In this document: one piece after another, positions 36,631 through 46,989 of the stretch
Position numbering within the stretch: position 1 is the stretch's first letter
Layout: the number at the start of each line of letters is the position of its first letter
Origin: an uncultured Eubacteriales bacterium
GTDB taxonomy: Bacteria > Acidobacteriota > Aminicenantia > Aminicenantales > Saccharicenantaceae
Assembly: GCA_964551995.1 (NCBI GenBank)
Contig: CAZKFD010000011.1
Coordinates: forward strand, 43,374 to 107,373
Direction: 5' to 3'
Length of the DNA: 64,000 nt
Notes under the pieces: generated by a model
What the model was told of the DNA's origin: nothing
The model's database searches: none
Seen by the model: only the letters and a program-made list of their open reading frames with translations
Position numbers and translations under genes: made by a program

Positions 36631-37887
36631 ATGGTCCCCGATGCCGCCGTTCCCGGAGTGACGCCGCCCGCCGTTGCCAGGAGATCTGCCGCGGCCGGTT
36701 ATTTCGTGCCTGCCGTTCTGGCCATCTGCCTGCTGTTTTCGATCGTGATGGCCATCCGGAAGCCCATCCCCCACGGCCACCAGTATGAGCTGGCTGTTTT
36801 TCTGTATGCAAACTTGATCTTTGTTTGGTTCCTCTATGCGGTCCGGCCGGCGTGGATCTTCCGGAAAGCGCTCCTCATCGGCATCCTCGCGATCGGACTC
36901 GTCTTCGGCGCTTGGGGTCTGGCCCGGATGGACCCGCACCCGGAAGTCGTTTCCGTATACGGCTCCGTCTTCGAGGCGCTCAAGAACGGCCAGAACCCCT
37001 ATACGTGTGGAACGATCTTCCATTGGGCTGAGTTCCGCCGCGTCGTCTACGGGAATTTCAATTACATGCCGATGGAAATCTACCCCTATTATGCGGCCCG
37101 GCTCATTGCCGGCCGGTGGAACCTTGCCGTGCTGACCATCGCCATCCTACTCTTCCAGGCGATCGCGTGTCTCGTCCTTGTCCGGACGTTTCCGAAGATC
37201 AGGCTGGCCTATCTCTGGCCCCTCTTCCCGTTGTTCATCTTTGGCGAGTTCCGGACGAACTCGGCCGTGACGCTCCTCATGGCGGCCCTGATCCTCTGGG
37301 CCATCAAAAAGGAGCGCGACATGCCCGGCAAAGGCTACCGCTATCTCGTTGCCGTCCTGTTCGGGATCGGGCTGACGACCAAGTTCCTGATCATCCCCTT
37401 CTTCGCGGCCTACTATTGGAACAAGTTCGACGCGAAGAGGCTCCGTTCGCTCTTCGACATCGCCGTCGAGGCCGGCATCGGCTTGGCGACGGCGCTCCTC
37501 ATCATCGTGCCCTACGGCGTGAAGGCCGTGGTGAAGAGCACCGTCCTCTTTAACCTCGTCCTGAAGGACCGGGACGCGGAGACGACCTTTTTTCCGAACG
37601 TCCTGTCGGGGGCCTTCAGTTGGGCCGGACTCTCGGCGTGGTATCCCTACATCGCCCTGGCCGTCTTCGCCGCCGCAATTTTGGTCGCGCCCAGGCTCAA
37701 TGTCTTCTCGGCCATGCTGGCCGCGACTTTCGCTTTCTTGATCGCCTCGCCCACGCCGAGATCGCAGTTCCTGAGCACTGTCATCTACCTGGCCGTTGCC
37801 GGGATCTATATGAACGCGGAGCGAATGGGGACATTGCCCGCGAAGGTTTGGAGGGCCGGATGCGCCGCAGAGGCCGGCCCAGCCTGA
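36631..37887 (+). CDS. GT-C fold integral-membrane glycosyltransferase, DUF2029/PimE-like (paralog 1)
   Basis: 418 aa with about 10 predicted TM helices by hydrophobicity. An N-terminal loop with conserved acidic/aromatic residues follows TM1-2 (FEALKNGQNPYTCGTIFHWAEF). Confidence 0.75.
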   Translation: MVPDAAVPGVTPPAVARRSAAAGYFVPAVLAICLLFSIVMAIRKPIPHGHQYELAVFLYANLIFVWFLYAVRPAWIFRKALLIGILAIGLVFGAWGLARMDPHPEVVSVYGSVFEALKNGQNPYTCGTIFHWAEFRRVVYGNFNYMPMEIYPYYAARLIAGRWNLAVLTIAILLFQAIACLVLVRTFPKIRLAYLWPLFPLFIFGEFRTNSAVTLLMAALILWAIKKERDMPGKGYRYLVAVLFGIGLTTKFLIIPFFAAYYWNKFDAKRLRSLFDIAVEAGIGLATALLIIVPYGVKAVVKSTVLFNLVLKDRDAETTFFPNVLSGAFSWAGLSAWYPYIALAVFAAAILVAPRLNVFSAMLAATFAFLIASPTPRSQFLSTVIYLAVAGIYMNAERMGTLPAKVWRAGCAAEAGPA

Positions 37888-38810
37888 GGGACCGTGGCGC
37901 GGAGACGGCCTCGTCCGTATGGAAGGCCGGCGGAAAACCACGGAGGGGCGTGAGAAAGAATATCGCCGGGGGGCCGGACGCGCCGCGGGTCGCAGATCTC
38001 GAGACCGTCGTTTCCTTTTACACCGTCGCCGACGAGAAAAGCCGGCTGGTCACGGGCCTGGGCCGCGTCGAATTCGCCCGGACCAAGGACATCGTCAAAA
38101 GATACCTGCCGCCCCCGCCCCGCGTGCTCCTCGACGTCGGAGGGGCCGTCGGCCGCTACTCCTGCTGGCTGGCCAAGGAAGGTTATGAGGTGCACCTCTT
38201 CGATCCCGTGCCGGCCCTCGTGGATGAGGCCCGGAAGGCCTCCCTGGAACAGCCGGAAGCCCCGGTCGCAAGTCTTCACGTCGGCGATGCCCGGGCTCTG
38301 GATTTTCCCGACGCGACGGCGGACGCCGTCCTCATGTTCGGACCGCTTTACCATCTCACGAGCGCCGGCGACAGGCACAGGGCGCTCCGGGAGGCCCACC
38401 GGGTCATGAAGCCGGGCGGATACCTTTTCGCCGCCGGCATCTCGAGGTTCGCCTCGGCTCTCGAGGCGGTCATCAACGGCTTTCTCGATGACGGAGATTT
38501 CTTCGGGATCGTGCTCCGGGATCTCCGCGACGGACAGCACCGGAACGACACGGCGAACCTGACGTATTTCACGGACGCTTATTTTCACCGCCCTGGGGAA
38601 CTGAGGCGGGAAATCCAGGAGGCGGGGTTCGCCCCGCTGGATTTTGTCATGGTCGACCCGTTCGCCTACTCTTTCAAGAACATCGACAAGTATTGGGAGG
38701 ATCCCGTCCGGCGGGAACGGTTGATGGATATCCTCCGGAGGCTGGAAAGCGAGCCGGCCCTCATGGGGGCCGGGCCTCATCTGATGTGTGTGGCTTACAA
38801 AGCCCGGTGA
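37860..38810 (+). CDS. class I SAM-dependent methyltransferase
   Basis: Motif I VLLDVGGAVGRYSCWLAKEG, motif II-like FDPVP, and post-I acidic residues (DAVLMFGPLYHL). ATG at 37860 has GGAGGG upstream and overlaps the preceding gene by 28 nt. The start may be further downstream. Confidence 0.75.
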   Translation: MRRRGRPSLRDRGAETASSVWKAGGKPRRGVRKNIAGGPDAPRVADLETVVSFYTVADEKSRLVTGLGRVEFARTKDIVKRYLPPPPRVLLDVGGAVGRYSCWLAKEGYEVHLFDPVPALVDEARKASLEQPEAPVASLHVGDARALDFPDATADAVLMFGPLYHLTSAGDRHRALREAHRVMKPGGYLFAAGISRFASALEAVINGFLDDGDFFGIVLRDLRDGQHRNDTANLTYFTDAYFHRPGELRREIQEAGFAPLDFVMVDPFAYSFKNIDKYWEDPVRRERLMDILRRLESEPALMGAGPHLMCVAYKAR

Positions 38811-38873
38811 CCCGCCGTCCGCGGTCAGGAAGGATGGAGTCCGGAGAGGAGGGACGGCTGTGAAGTTGACAGG

Positions 38874-40274
38874 ATGGCCCACGGCGTGACCGCGTCGGCT
38901 CCCTTTTCCGGGCAGTCTCCTCTCGACAGAGGCCGGGAACAGCTCCCCCCGCTGGTTGTCCTCTATTTCATCGTCCTGGCCCTCGTGTTGCTGCTCACGC
39001 ACGGCCACTTCACGACCGGGGGGCTGCTCATCACGACCCTGGCCTTTCTGGCCTATCTCGCCTCTCCGTGGCGGGCGGGACGAAAACCGGACCGTCCGTG
39101 GCTGACCCTGGAAACGGTGTTCTGCGTCCTCTGGCTGGCCTTTTCGGCCGCCCTGATGATCCGCAACGGGCTCATGTACCCCCAGATGAACCTATGGTTC
39201 GTCCTCCTCAGGACCGCTCTGGCCCTGAACTTCGTCTGCGCGGCCGCCACCGCCGTCCTGCTGTTCTCGAGCGGCAAAATGCCGCGGGCCGCGAGGGTCC
39301 TGCTCCCCGCCGCGCTCGTCCTCGTGGCCTCCTGCTTTGTCCTGACCCTGAAAGCGTCGCCCGCGCCCCATATCGATGTCTTCACGATCTGCTCCAAGGC
39401 CGTAGATTTGCTCCGCGCCGGCCACAATCCCTACGACTTCCTTTACGCGGACATTTACGGGGGGAAATACACCTACCACCCCCGGCTCATGTATTGGCCC
39501 GTCGTAACCTACATGATCACGCTCGGCAAGCTGCTCGCGGGAGACGTCCGGTTTGGCTATGTGCTCGCCCAGTTCGCGGCGGCCGCCGGCCTGTGCCTCC
39601 TGGGCCGCCGCCGTGGATGGAGTCTCGAGAAGACCTTTCTGGCCGTCCTGGTCTGGTTCACTTTCCCCGTCTCTTTTTTCGTCCTGGAACAGTCCTGGGT
39701 GGAGGGGCTCCTCATGCCCGCGCTGGTCTTCTTTGTCTATTTCACGGAACGGCGGCAATGGGCGGCCGCGGCGGTGATGGCCGGGCTGGCGTGCGCGACG
39801 AAGCAATATATGATCTTCTTTGCGGTTTTTTCGTTCGTGTATGTCTGGAGGAAAGCAGGCCGGGGCAAGGCCTTCGGATACGCCGGCATCGCCTCCCTCA
39901 CGACGATGGCGACCATGGTCCCTTTTCTGGTCTGGAACTGGCGCGTCCTTCTGGACCGTACCGTCTTCGAGATCCTGCGTTACGACATCCGGACGGAATC
40001 GCTGTCCTGGATCGCCTTCTCGATCAACCGGCTGCGCGTTCCGTTCAACGCTTCGCTCTCTTTGGCGCTGACGGTCCTGCTGAGCGTCCCGGCCCTGGCG
40101 GTGATCCTCCGAAGGGGAGAGGTCCGGCCGGCCGACCTGATGTTTACCCAGGCCTCCGTCTTTTCCGCGGTTTTTCTCTTCGGCAACCAGGCCCTGTGCA
40201 ATTATTACTATTTCCTGAGCTTCCTCGTCTTCCTCCACCTCGTTCTCGTGGACGGAACCGGGAGTGAAGCGTAA
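38874..40274 (+). CDS. GT-C fold integral-membrane glycosyltransferase, DUF2029/PimE-like (paralog 2)
   Basis: 466 aa, multi-pass. The loop CSKAVDLLRAGHNPYDFLYADIYG is equivalent to paralog 1's FEALKNGQNPYTCG. Confidence 0.75.
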   Translation: MAHGVTASAPFSGQSPLDRGREQLPPLVVLYFIVLALVLLLTHGHFTTGGLLITTLAFLAYLASPWRAGRKPDRPWLTLETVFCVLWLAFSAALMIRNGLMYPQMNLWFVLLRTALALNFVCAAATAVLLFSSGKMPRAARVLLPAALVLVASCFVLTLKASPAPHIDVFTICSKAVDLLRAGHNPYDFLYADIYGGKYTYHPRLMYWPVVTYMITLGKLLAGDVRFGYVLAQFAAAAGLCLLGRRRGWSLEKTFLAVLVWFTFPVSFFVLEQSWVEGLLMPALVFFVYFTERRQWAAAAVMAGLACATKQYMIFFAVFSFVYVWRKAGRGKAFGYAGIASLTTMATMVPFLVWNWRVLLDRTVFEILRYDIRTESLSWIAFSINRLRVPFNASLSLALTVLLSVPALAVILRRGEVRPADLMFTQASVFSAVFLFGNQALCNYYYFLSFLVFLHLVLVDGTGSEA

Positions 40275-40299
40275 AATCGAACAGGAGGTAAAAAAAGAG

Positions 40300-41334
40300 A
40301 TGAAAACGTTTCGTCTCGGCTTGGCCGTTCTCTTAGCTGTGGCTATGGCGGGTTCTGCGCCGGTCCGGGCCCAGGACACGGGCGGCTACCGCCTCCTCAA
40401 GACATATACGCTCGGCGGGGAGGGCTTCTGGGACTACATGGCCTTGGATGCCGGAGCGCGCCTCCTCTATGTGACGCACGGCACCGCCGTCGAGATCCTG
40501 AACGTCGACACGGGCGTCAAGGGCGCGCCGATCACCGGCCTCAAGGGCATTCACGGTGTGGCCTTCGCCCCGGACAGGAACCGGGGTTACATTTCCAACG
40601 GAGGCGGAGACTGCGTGACCGTCTTCGACCTCAAGACGCATCAGGTTATCGTGGAAGTGCCGACCACGGGAAAAAATCCCGACGCCATCCTGTATGACCC
40701 GTTTTCGGGGCGCGTCTTCACTTTCAACGGGCGGAGCGGCAATGCCACGGCCATCGACGCTTCGACGGACAAGGCCGTCGGGACGGTCGACATCGGCGGC
40801 AAGCCCGAGTTCGCGGCCACGGACGGCGCGGGCACGATCTTCGTCAACGTCGAGGACAAGAGCGAGATCGTGGGTTTCGGCGCCAGGTCCCTCCAGGTCA
40901 TGAAAAGATGGTCGATCGCGCCCGGAGAAGGCCCGAGCGGGCTGGCCATCGACCCCGAGCACAAGCGCCTGTTCAGCGTCTGCGATAAGCTCATGGTCGT
41001 GTCGGATTTCGAGAGCGGTAAGGTCGTCGCCACGGTCCCGATCGGCAACGGCCCGGACGCGGTCCGGTACGACGCGGGCACGGGGCTCGTCTTCTCCTCC
41101 AACGGGGAAGGGACGCTGACCGTCGTCAAGCAGGATTCCGCAGACACGTACGAGGTCCTCGAGACGGTGAAGACGGCTCGCGGCGCCCGGACCATGGCCC
41201 TGGATCCCGAGACGCACCACGTCTTCGTCGTGACCGCGGACTTCGGCCCGGCCCCGGCGCCAACCAAAGACCACCCGAGGCCCCGCCCGACGGTCGTTCC
41301 GGGCTCGTTCAGGGTGCTCGAGTTCGGCAGATAA
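40300..41334 (+). CDS. secreted YVTN-family beta-propeller repeat protein
   Basis: AGGAGGT is 9 nt upstream of the ATG. Signal peptide MKTFRLGLAVLLAVAMAGSAPVRAQD. Repeated about 40-aa units have the G-x-x-P-x-G-hydrophobic-A-x-D pattern (GIHGVAFAPD, GKNPDAILYDP, GGKPEFAATDG, GEGPSGLAIDP, GNGPDAVRYD). Confidence 0.85.
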   Translation: MKTFRLGLAVLLAVAMAGSAPVRAQDTGGYRLLKTYTLGGEGFWDYMALDAGARLLYVTHGTAVEILNVDTGVKGAPITGLKGIHGVAFAPDRNRGYISNGGGDCVTVFDLKTHQVIVEVPTTGKNPDAILYDPFSGRVFTFNGRSGNATAIDASTDKAVGTVDIGGKPEFAATDGAGTIFVNVEDKSEIVGFGARSLQVMKRWSIAPGEGPSGLAIDPEHKRLFSVCDKLMVVSDFESGKVVATVPIGNGPDAVRYDAGTGLVFSSNGEGTLTVVKQDSADTYEVLETVKTARGARTMALDPETHHVFVVTADFGPAPAPTKDHPRPRPTVVPGSFRVLEFGR

Positions 41335-41398
41335 GGCCCGAGGGCGCCCGAAGAAGCGCCCGGAGCAGACCCGCGGGCGGAGAGGCTTTCCGGCCGCG

Positions 41399-44300
41399 TC
41401 ACTCCGTCGCGCGGCGGCGGACCATCAGATAATAGAGCGTCGGCGTGGCGATGAGGGAGAGCAGGACCGAGATGCAGAGAGCGCCGATGACCGCCACGGC
41501 CAGGGGCTTCAACATGTCGGCGCCCGAGCCGACGCCGTAGGCCAGGGGCAGCATCCCGAGCGCGGCGGCCAGCGACGTCATCAGGACGGGACGGAGCCTG
41601 CGGAGCCCCGAGCGCACGACGGCCTCGGCCAGATTCAGGCCTTCGGCGCGGAGCTCCTTGACGAAATCTAGCATCAGGATGCCGTTCTTGGCGACGATGC
41701 CGATGCCGATGATGACCCCCAGCAGGGAGACGATGTTCAGCGACGTCCCCGTGATCCAGAGGGCAAGGACCGTTCCGAAGAGAGCCAGAACGGCGCCGAA
41801 CATGATGGCCACGGGCTCGTAAAAGGACCCGAACTCGAGGAGCAGCACGGTGAAGACCAGGAAGATGGCCATGCCCAGGACCATCATCAGATTGCGGAAC
41901 GACTCCTGCTGCTGCTCGTAGGTTCCTCCGTACTCGATCGCTCCCGGCGGCAGGGTCGGGTCCTTGCCGAGCGTCGCGCGGATTTCCGCCATGGCGCTTC
42001 CCATGTCGCGGCCTTCGAGGCGCGCCGAGACGGCCACGTCCTGACGGAAGCCGTCGCGCCGCAGCTCGAGCTGGCCGGGCTCCTCGACGACGTCGACGAC
42101 CTGGGAGAGCTGGACCAGCTGCCCGTCGGCGGTCCTCAGCGGGAGATGGCGGAGCTTCTCCACGCGGTCGATGTCGGAGGGCTCGGCCTTGACGCGGACG
42201 GCGACGACCCGGTCCCCTTCGAGTACTGTGGAGGCGGTCTCGCCGATCATCGCCGCGTTGACGGCCGAGGCAATGTCGTTGGCGGTCAGGCCGAACCGCT
42301 CGGCGTCGACATAGCACACCCGGAAGCTGATGGCGGGGCCGCAGTAGACCAGGCCGTTGAAGACGTCGACGACGCCCCTGATCTTGTCCAGTCGTTCCGC
42401 GATCTGGGGCGCCTTCTCCTTCAGATAGGCCGTGTCGGTGGAGAAGAGCTTGACCTCGATCGGCTGGGGCGCGTACATCAGGTCGCCGATGAGGTCGCTT
42501 AGGATGCCGGGGAATTCCCAGATGACGTCGGGCAGGGCGGCGTTGAGCCTGTGGCGCAGCTCGGTCAGGACCTCTTCGGTCGAGCGCTTGCGGTCGGGGC
42601 GCAGCTTCAGCAGGAAGTCGCCGTTGTTCGGTTCGGTGATGAAGAGGCCCAGCTGGGCGCCGGTGCGCCGGGAGTAGCTCTCAAGCTCCGGGACCGACCG
42701 GATGATGTCTTCGGCGTACTTGAGCTGGCGGTCGGTCTCGGCAAGGCTCGTCCCTGGCGGAGTGAGGTAGTCGATGACGAAGCCGCCCTCATCCATCGGC
42801 GGCAGGAACTCGCTTTCCAGGCTCTTATAGATGAAGGCCGAGAGGAAAAGGACGGCGGCGCAGGCGGCGATCGTCGGCCCGCCGTGCCGCAGGGCCGTCC
42901 GTACGCCTTTTTCGTAGATCCCTGTGACGCGCCGCAGCAAGCGGCCGCCCTGTTCCTTCGAAACCTCTCCGCCCGCCGGCTCACCTGGCTTCAGCAGCCA
43001 GGCGGCCAGGGACGGCGTCAGGGTCCCGGCCAGGGCCAGTGAGGTCAGCAGGGCGACGACCATGGTCATGGCCAGGGCGCGGAAGAAGACCCCGGGGATG
43101 CCCGTCAGGAAGGCCAGCGGGATGAAGACGACCACGGGGGTCAGGGTCGAGCCGATGAGGGGACGGAAGATCTCGCCGAGGCCCTCCCGGATGGCCGCCA
43201 GGGGACCGAGCCCGGCCGTCCGCTTGGTGTGGATGGCTTCGACGACGACGATGGCGTCGTCGATGACGAGACCGATGGCGGCGGCGATCCCGCCCAGGGT
43301 CATCAGGTTGAACGACATCCCGGCCGCCTTGATGGAGATCAGCGTGACGAGGACGGTGACGGGGATGACGAGGATGGCCACAAACGTCGTCCTCCAGCTC
43401 TTGAGGAAAAAGTACAGGATCAGGACGGACAGGATGAGCCCGAAGATGATGGCCTCCCAGACGCTGTGGACCGAAGCGCGGACGAGCAGGGACTGATCAT
43501 AAAAGAACGCCAGCCTCAGGTCGGGCGGCAACTCGTTCTTCAGGATTTTCAGCTCCTCCCGGAGGCGCCGGGCGATGTCGAGGGTGCTCCCGTCCGGCTG
43601 GCTGTAGATGTTGACGAGCACGGCCACTTTGCCGTCGGCGGTGACGATATTGAAGACCGGCTCGGGGCCCCGCACGACCCGCGCGAAATCGCGGACGAGG
43701 ACCGGGTGCTTGCCGGAGACCGTCACCGGGAAGTTCTCGATGTCCCGGATCGAGTGCACGCGGCCGTCGACCACGGCCAGATAGAGCATACGGTTCTCTT
43801 CGTGGAGTCCCGTCGACGCGACGAGGTTGTTCTTGTTGAGCGCGTCCGTGACTTCGGACAGGGTGAGGCCGGCCGCCTGGAGGCGGAGCGGGTCGACGAC
43901 GATGTGGTATTCGGGCGTGCGGCCGCCCACGAGGTCGGCGCGGGCGACGCCCGGGATCTGCAGGAACCGCGGCTTGAGCTGGTAGCGGGCGATCTCCCAG
44001 AGATCGATCAGGTTGCGCTTGGGGCTGGTCAGGCTGATGCCGATGATGGGGAAGTTCGAGAAGGTCACCCGGTAGACCTGGGCCTCGGCCGTGGCGGGGA
44101 GAGAGGCGCGGATCTGGGACAGCCGGCCGAGGACGTAGAGCTCCGACCGGATCATGTCGACCTTCCAGTTGAAGAAGATGTTGACCTCCGCCGAACCGCG
44201 CCCCGTGGCCGAACGGATCGTCGTCACCCCAGGAATGTCTTTCATGCTCTCTTCGATCGGCCGGGTGATGGTCGCCATCATCTCGTCGGCTGGCATCACT

Positions 44301-44476
44301 CCGTTGTCGACGAGAATGACGACGCGGGGGAAATTCGTCTGCGGGAAGACCGACGACGGGATGGTCAGGGCCGAGTAGACGCCGCCCAGGCAGAGGGCGA
44401 TGCTGATGAAGACGATGGGCAAAGCGTGACGCGTCGCGAACCGGCCGACGGCGGAATCTTTGGCCATGAACGTCAC
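41399..44476 (-). CDS. RND family efflux permease (CzcA/CusA-like, HME subgroup likely)
   Basis: 1025 aa with 12 TM helices and two large periplasmic loops. Typical AcrB/CzcA blocks are present. GTG start overlaps the upstream stop as GTGA. Confidence 0.9.
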   Translation of the reverse strand: MTFMAKDSAVGRFATRHALPIVFISIALCLGGVYSALTIPSSVFPQTNFPRVVILVDNGVMPADEMMATITRPIEESMKDIPGVTTIRSATGRGSAEVNIFFNWKVDMIRSELYVLGRLSQIRASLPATAEAQVYRVTFSNFPIIGISLTSPKRNLIDLWEIARYQLKPRFLQIPGVARADLVGGRTPEYHIVVDPLRLQAAGLTLSEVTDALNKNNLVASTGLHEENRMLYLAVVDGRVHSIRDIENFPVTVSGKHPVLVRDFARVVRGPEPVFNIVTADGKVAVLVNIYSQPDGSTLDIARRLREELKILKNELPPDLRLAFFYDQSLLVRASVHSVWEAIIFGLILSVLILYFFLKSWRTTFVAILVIPVTVLVTLISIKAAGMSFNLMTLGGIAAAIGLVIDDAIVVVEAIHTKRTAGLGPLAAIREGLGEIFRPLIGSTLTPVVVFIPLAFLTGIPGVFFRALAMTMVVALLTSLALAGTLTPSLAAWLLKPGEPAGGEVSKEQGGRLLRRVTGIYEKGVRTALRHGGPTIAACAAVLFLSAFIYKSLESEFLPPMDEGGFVIDYLTPPGTSLAETDRQLKYAEDIIRSVPELESYSRRTGAQLGLFITEPNNGDFLLKLRPDRKRSTEEVLTELRHRLNAALPDVIWEFPGILSDLIGDLMYAPQPIEVKLFSTDTAYLKEKAPQIAERLDKIRGVVDVFNGLVYCGPAISFRVCYVDAERFGLTANDIASAVNAAMIGETASTVLEGDRVVAVRVKAEPSDIDRVEKLRHLPLRTADGQLVQLSQVVDVVEEPGQLELRRDGFRQDVAVSARLEGRDMGSAMAEIRATLGKDPTLPPGAIEYGGTYEQQQESFRNLMMVLGMAIFLVFTVLLLEFGSFYEPVAIMFGAVLALFGTVLALWITGTSLNIVSLLGVIIGIGIVAKNGILMLDFVKELRAEGLNLAEAVVRSGLRRLRPVLMTSLAAALGMLPLAYGVGSGADMLKPLAVAVIGALCISVLLSLIATPTLYYLMVRRRATE

Positions 44477-45546
44477 TTGTCCCCGATGATGTGGATCTTC
44501 GTCTCCCCGGTGATGTTGTAGGCGTCCGTGGTGACGATGACCAGGCCCTCCTTGAGCCCTTCGCCCTCGACCTCGGCCAGGCCGGCGTCGCGGAGGCCGG
44601 CCTTGACGGGCCTGGGGATGGCCTTGTCGCCTTCGACGACCATCAGCACGGTCCCGCCGGCGGGGCTGGGAACGACGCTCTCTTCGGGGACGGCGAGGAC
44701 GTCGCGGCGCTCCTCCGAGACGATCCTGACGCTCAGGAACTGGCCAGGCTTGAATTGCGCCCTCACCGGCAGGGACGTTCGGACGAGCACCGTATCGGTC
44801 TTCGGGTCGATGTCCTTGCCGACGAGTATCAACGTTCCGTATCCCTGGACCCCGGGGCCGAAATCGACCGGCTGCCCGGTTTTGAGCGGGCCTGCGTCGC
44901 GGCTCGGGATCTGGGCCGTGAGCACGAGGCGGCTGAAGGCTATGACCTCGGCCAGGACCGCGCTCGGGTCGACGGTCTGGCCGATGCGGGCGTTGATCCG
45001 GACCACCGTCCCGGAAAGAGGCGCTTTGATCTCGAGATAGGACAAGTCTGTCCGTGCCGCGGCGAGGTCGTTCCGGGCCGCCTGGAGGGCGAGAGCTGCT
45101 TCCTGGACGGCCTTCTCCGAGGTCCCGCCGGCCGGGAGCAGTTTCTTCTGCCGTTCGTAGGTCTTTTCGGCGAAATCCAGCGCCTTTTCGGCCTTGGCCA
45201 CGGCGACTTCGGCCAAGCGCGTGTCGAGGCGGAAGAGGATTTCGCCGCGTTCGACGCGCTGCCCCTCCGTGCAGCGGATCTCGGTCAGGATGCCGCCCAG
45301 CGGAAACGACAGGTCGGCTCCCGCCGCGGGCCGCCCCTCGGACGGCGGCTCGGGCTCGACGGTTCCGTAGGCCGTAACGTAGTTCCGGAGAGTCGCCCGG
45401 GTGATCTTCCCGACATGAACGGCCACGTCGGTGACGACTTCCTCTTCCTCGCCGGCCTTGTGCCCCAGGCCCTTGATGAGGACGAGAACGGCCGCCGCGG
45501 CGACCGCCAGAACGATCAACGCGGTTATGGCCCTGCGTTTATTCAT
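44473..45546 (-). CDS. RND efflux membrane fusion protein (HlyD/CzcB family)
   Basis: N-terminal TM anchor, coiled-coil hairpin (VAVAKAEKALDFAEKTYERQKKLL...), then lipoyl and beta-barrel domains. Confidence 0.9.
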   Translation of the reverse strand: MNKRRAITALIVLAVAAAAVLVLIKGLGHKAGEEEEVVTDVAVHVGKITRATLRNYVTAYGTVEPEPPSEGRPAAGADLSFPLGGILTEIRCTEGQRVERGEILFRLDTRLAEVAVAKAEKALDFAEKTYERQKKLLPAGGTSEKAVQEAALALQAARNDLAAARTDLSYLEIKAPLSGTVVRINARIGQTVDPSAVLAEVIAFSRLVLTAQIPSRDAGPLKTGQPVDFGPGVQGYGTLILVGKDIDPKTDTVLVRTSLPVRAQFKPGQFLSVRIVSEERRDVLAVPEESVVPSPAGGTVLMVVEGDKAIPRPVKAGLRDAGLAEVEGEGLKEGLVIVTTDAYNITGETKIHIIGDK

Positions 45547-46969
45547 CCTCGCGCTCCTTCTCGGGACCGGACTGCCCCGGCGCTTTCGTGTAAATCCAGT
45601 CCTTCACCTCGAGGGGGCTCTGGGCCGCGTTCTCGAGCCTCCCGACGGACTGCTGGGCTTGAACCAAAGCCTCCAGTCGGGCCTGCTCGCCGGCGTTGAG
45701 CTCGAGCTCGACGGTCAGAAGCTCGAGCGTCGAGATCTCGCCGAGCTCGTGTTTGGCCGCGGCTGCCTTCGCCTGCGCGGCGAGGTTGGCCCGGAGGTCG
45801 TCCGCCGCCTGAGCTTTCCGGAGGGCCGAGCGGCAGTCCTCGACGGCGGCGTCGAGCTCGCCGATGACTTGGGACTGAAGGGCGAGGAACGCGGCCGCGC
45901 TCGCGGCGCGTTGAGCCTCAGCCTCGGCGATCGGGCCCCGGTTGCGGCTGAAGATGGGAAGCTCGAGCGCCAGGCCGAGGGTCCATTTGCTGTCGGTCTG
46001 GTCGAGCTGGTAGTCGGGCGAGAGGCGGATGTCCGGATATTGCTTGGCGATTTCCAGGCGCAGGGCCGACTCGCTGGCCGCATATTCCGAAAGGGCGGCC
46101 AGGAGGTCGGAGCGGTTCAGGACCGCGTGGCGGCGGACCTCGCCCTCCGGGAAGTCCGGCGAGGGCGGGCGGAAGTCCTCGTAGGAAATCTGTACCCCGT
46201 CCAGGGCCTTCCTGGGGAGGCCGATCGCGGCGGCCAGCCCGGCCATCGCTTCTTCCTTGGCTCGGGCGGCCTCGATCGCGGCCAGACGGCTTCCGTCGAG
46301 CGCAACCCGCGCCTGGGAAACCTCGTAGGCCGAAACCTCTCCGGCCTCATGCTGGACATCAAGAAGCCGAACCGTTTCCCGTTGGAGTCTCTCCGCCTCG
46401 GCGAGGAGGGACTCCCGCTCGCCGGCCGCATAGGTCTCGAGCAGGGTGCTGCGCAGGCGGCTGCGCATGTCCCAGGCGGCTTTGAGGATATCCCAGCGCG
46501 CCGCCTCGGAGAGGTGCCTGGCCTCGGCAATCCTCAGGCCGCGCTTGCCGGCCGTCTCGATCGGGATCTCCAGGAGGATCTCCGGGATCCAGGGCGTCAT
46601 CAGGCTCACCGGGGTCGTGCTGTTGTATCCGACCAGGGGGTTCAGGGTCGGGTTGGGACGTTCGCCGGCCGTGATCCGGCCCGCCCGGGCCACCCCCCAC
46701 TGGGCGCGGGCGACGTCCATATCGGGATTGTAATACAGCGCGGCCAGGGTCAGAGACTTGAGATCCCATACCGCCGGCGGCCAGTCCTTGACGTCGCCGT
46801 TCTGGAGAAGGAAATCTTTGAGTTCCGTCGAGGTGAGCCTCCGGGCCTCGAACGCGTCCATGGCTTTGGCCGGTTCGATGGGCTGGGGATGGTAGCGGAC
46901 GCAGGCCGGCGTCATCGAGAGGGCAAGAGCCACGCCGATGACCATGAACAGCGCACGTGATCTCATCAT
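45539..46969 (-). CDS. outer membrane efflux protein (CzcC/TolC family lipoprotein)
   Basis: Lipobox ALSMTPAC. Duplicated OEP repeats have the typical alpha-helical-barrel periodicity. It forms a C-B-A gene order with the two downstream genes. Confidence 0.9.
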   Translation of the reverse strand: MMRSRALFMVIGVALALSMTPACVRYHPQPIEPAKAMDAFEARRLTSTELKDFLLQNGDVKDWPPAVWDLKSLTLAALYYNPDMDVARAQWGVARAGRITAGERPNPTLNPLVGYNSTTPVSLMTPWIPEILLEIPIETAGKRGLRIAEARHLSEAARWDILKAAWDMRSRLRSTLLETYAAGERESLLAEAERLQRETVRLLDVQHEAGEVSAYEVSQARVALDGSRLAAIEAARAKEEAMAGLAAAIGLPRKALDGVQISYEDFRPPSPDFPEGEVRRHAVLNRSDLLAALSEYAASESALRLEIAKQYPDIRLSPDYQLDQTDSKWTLGLALELPIFSRNRGPIAEAEAQRAASAAAFLALQSQVIGELDAAVEDCRSALRKAQAADDLRANLAAQAKAAAAKHELGEISTLELLTVELELNAGEQARLEALVQAQQSVGRLENAAQSPLEVKDWIYTKAPGQSGPEKEREDE

Positions 46970-46989
46970 GCCGCATTCCCCAGTCCGGC

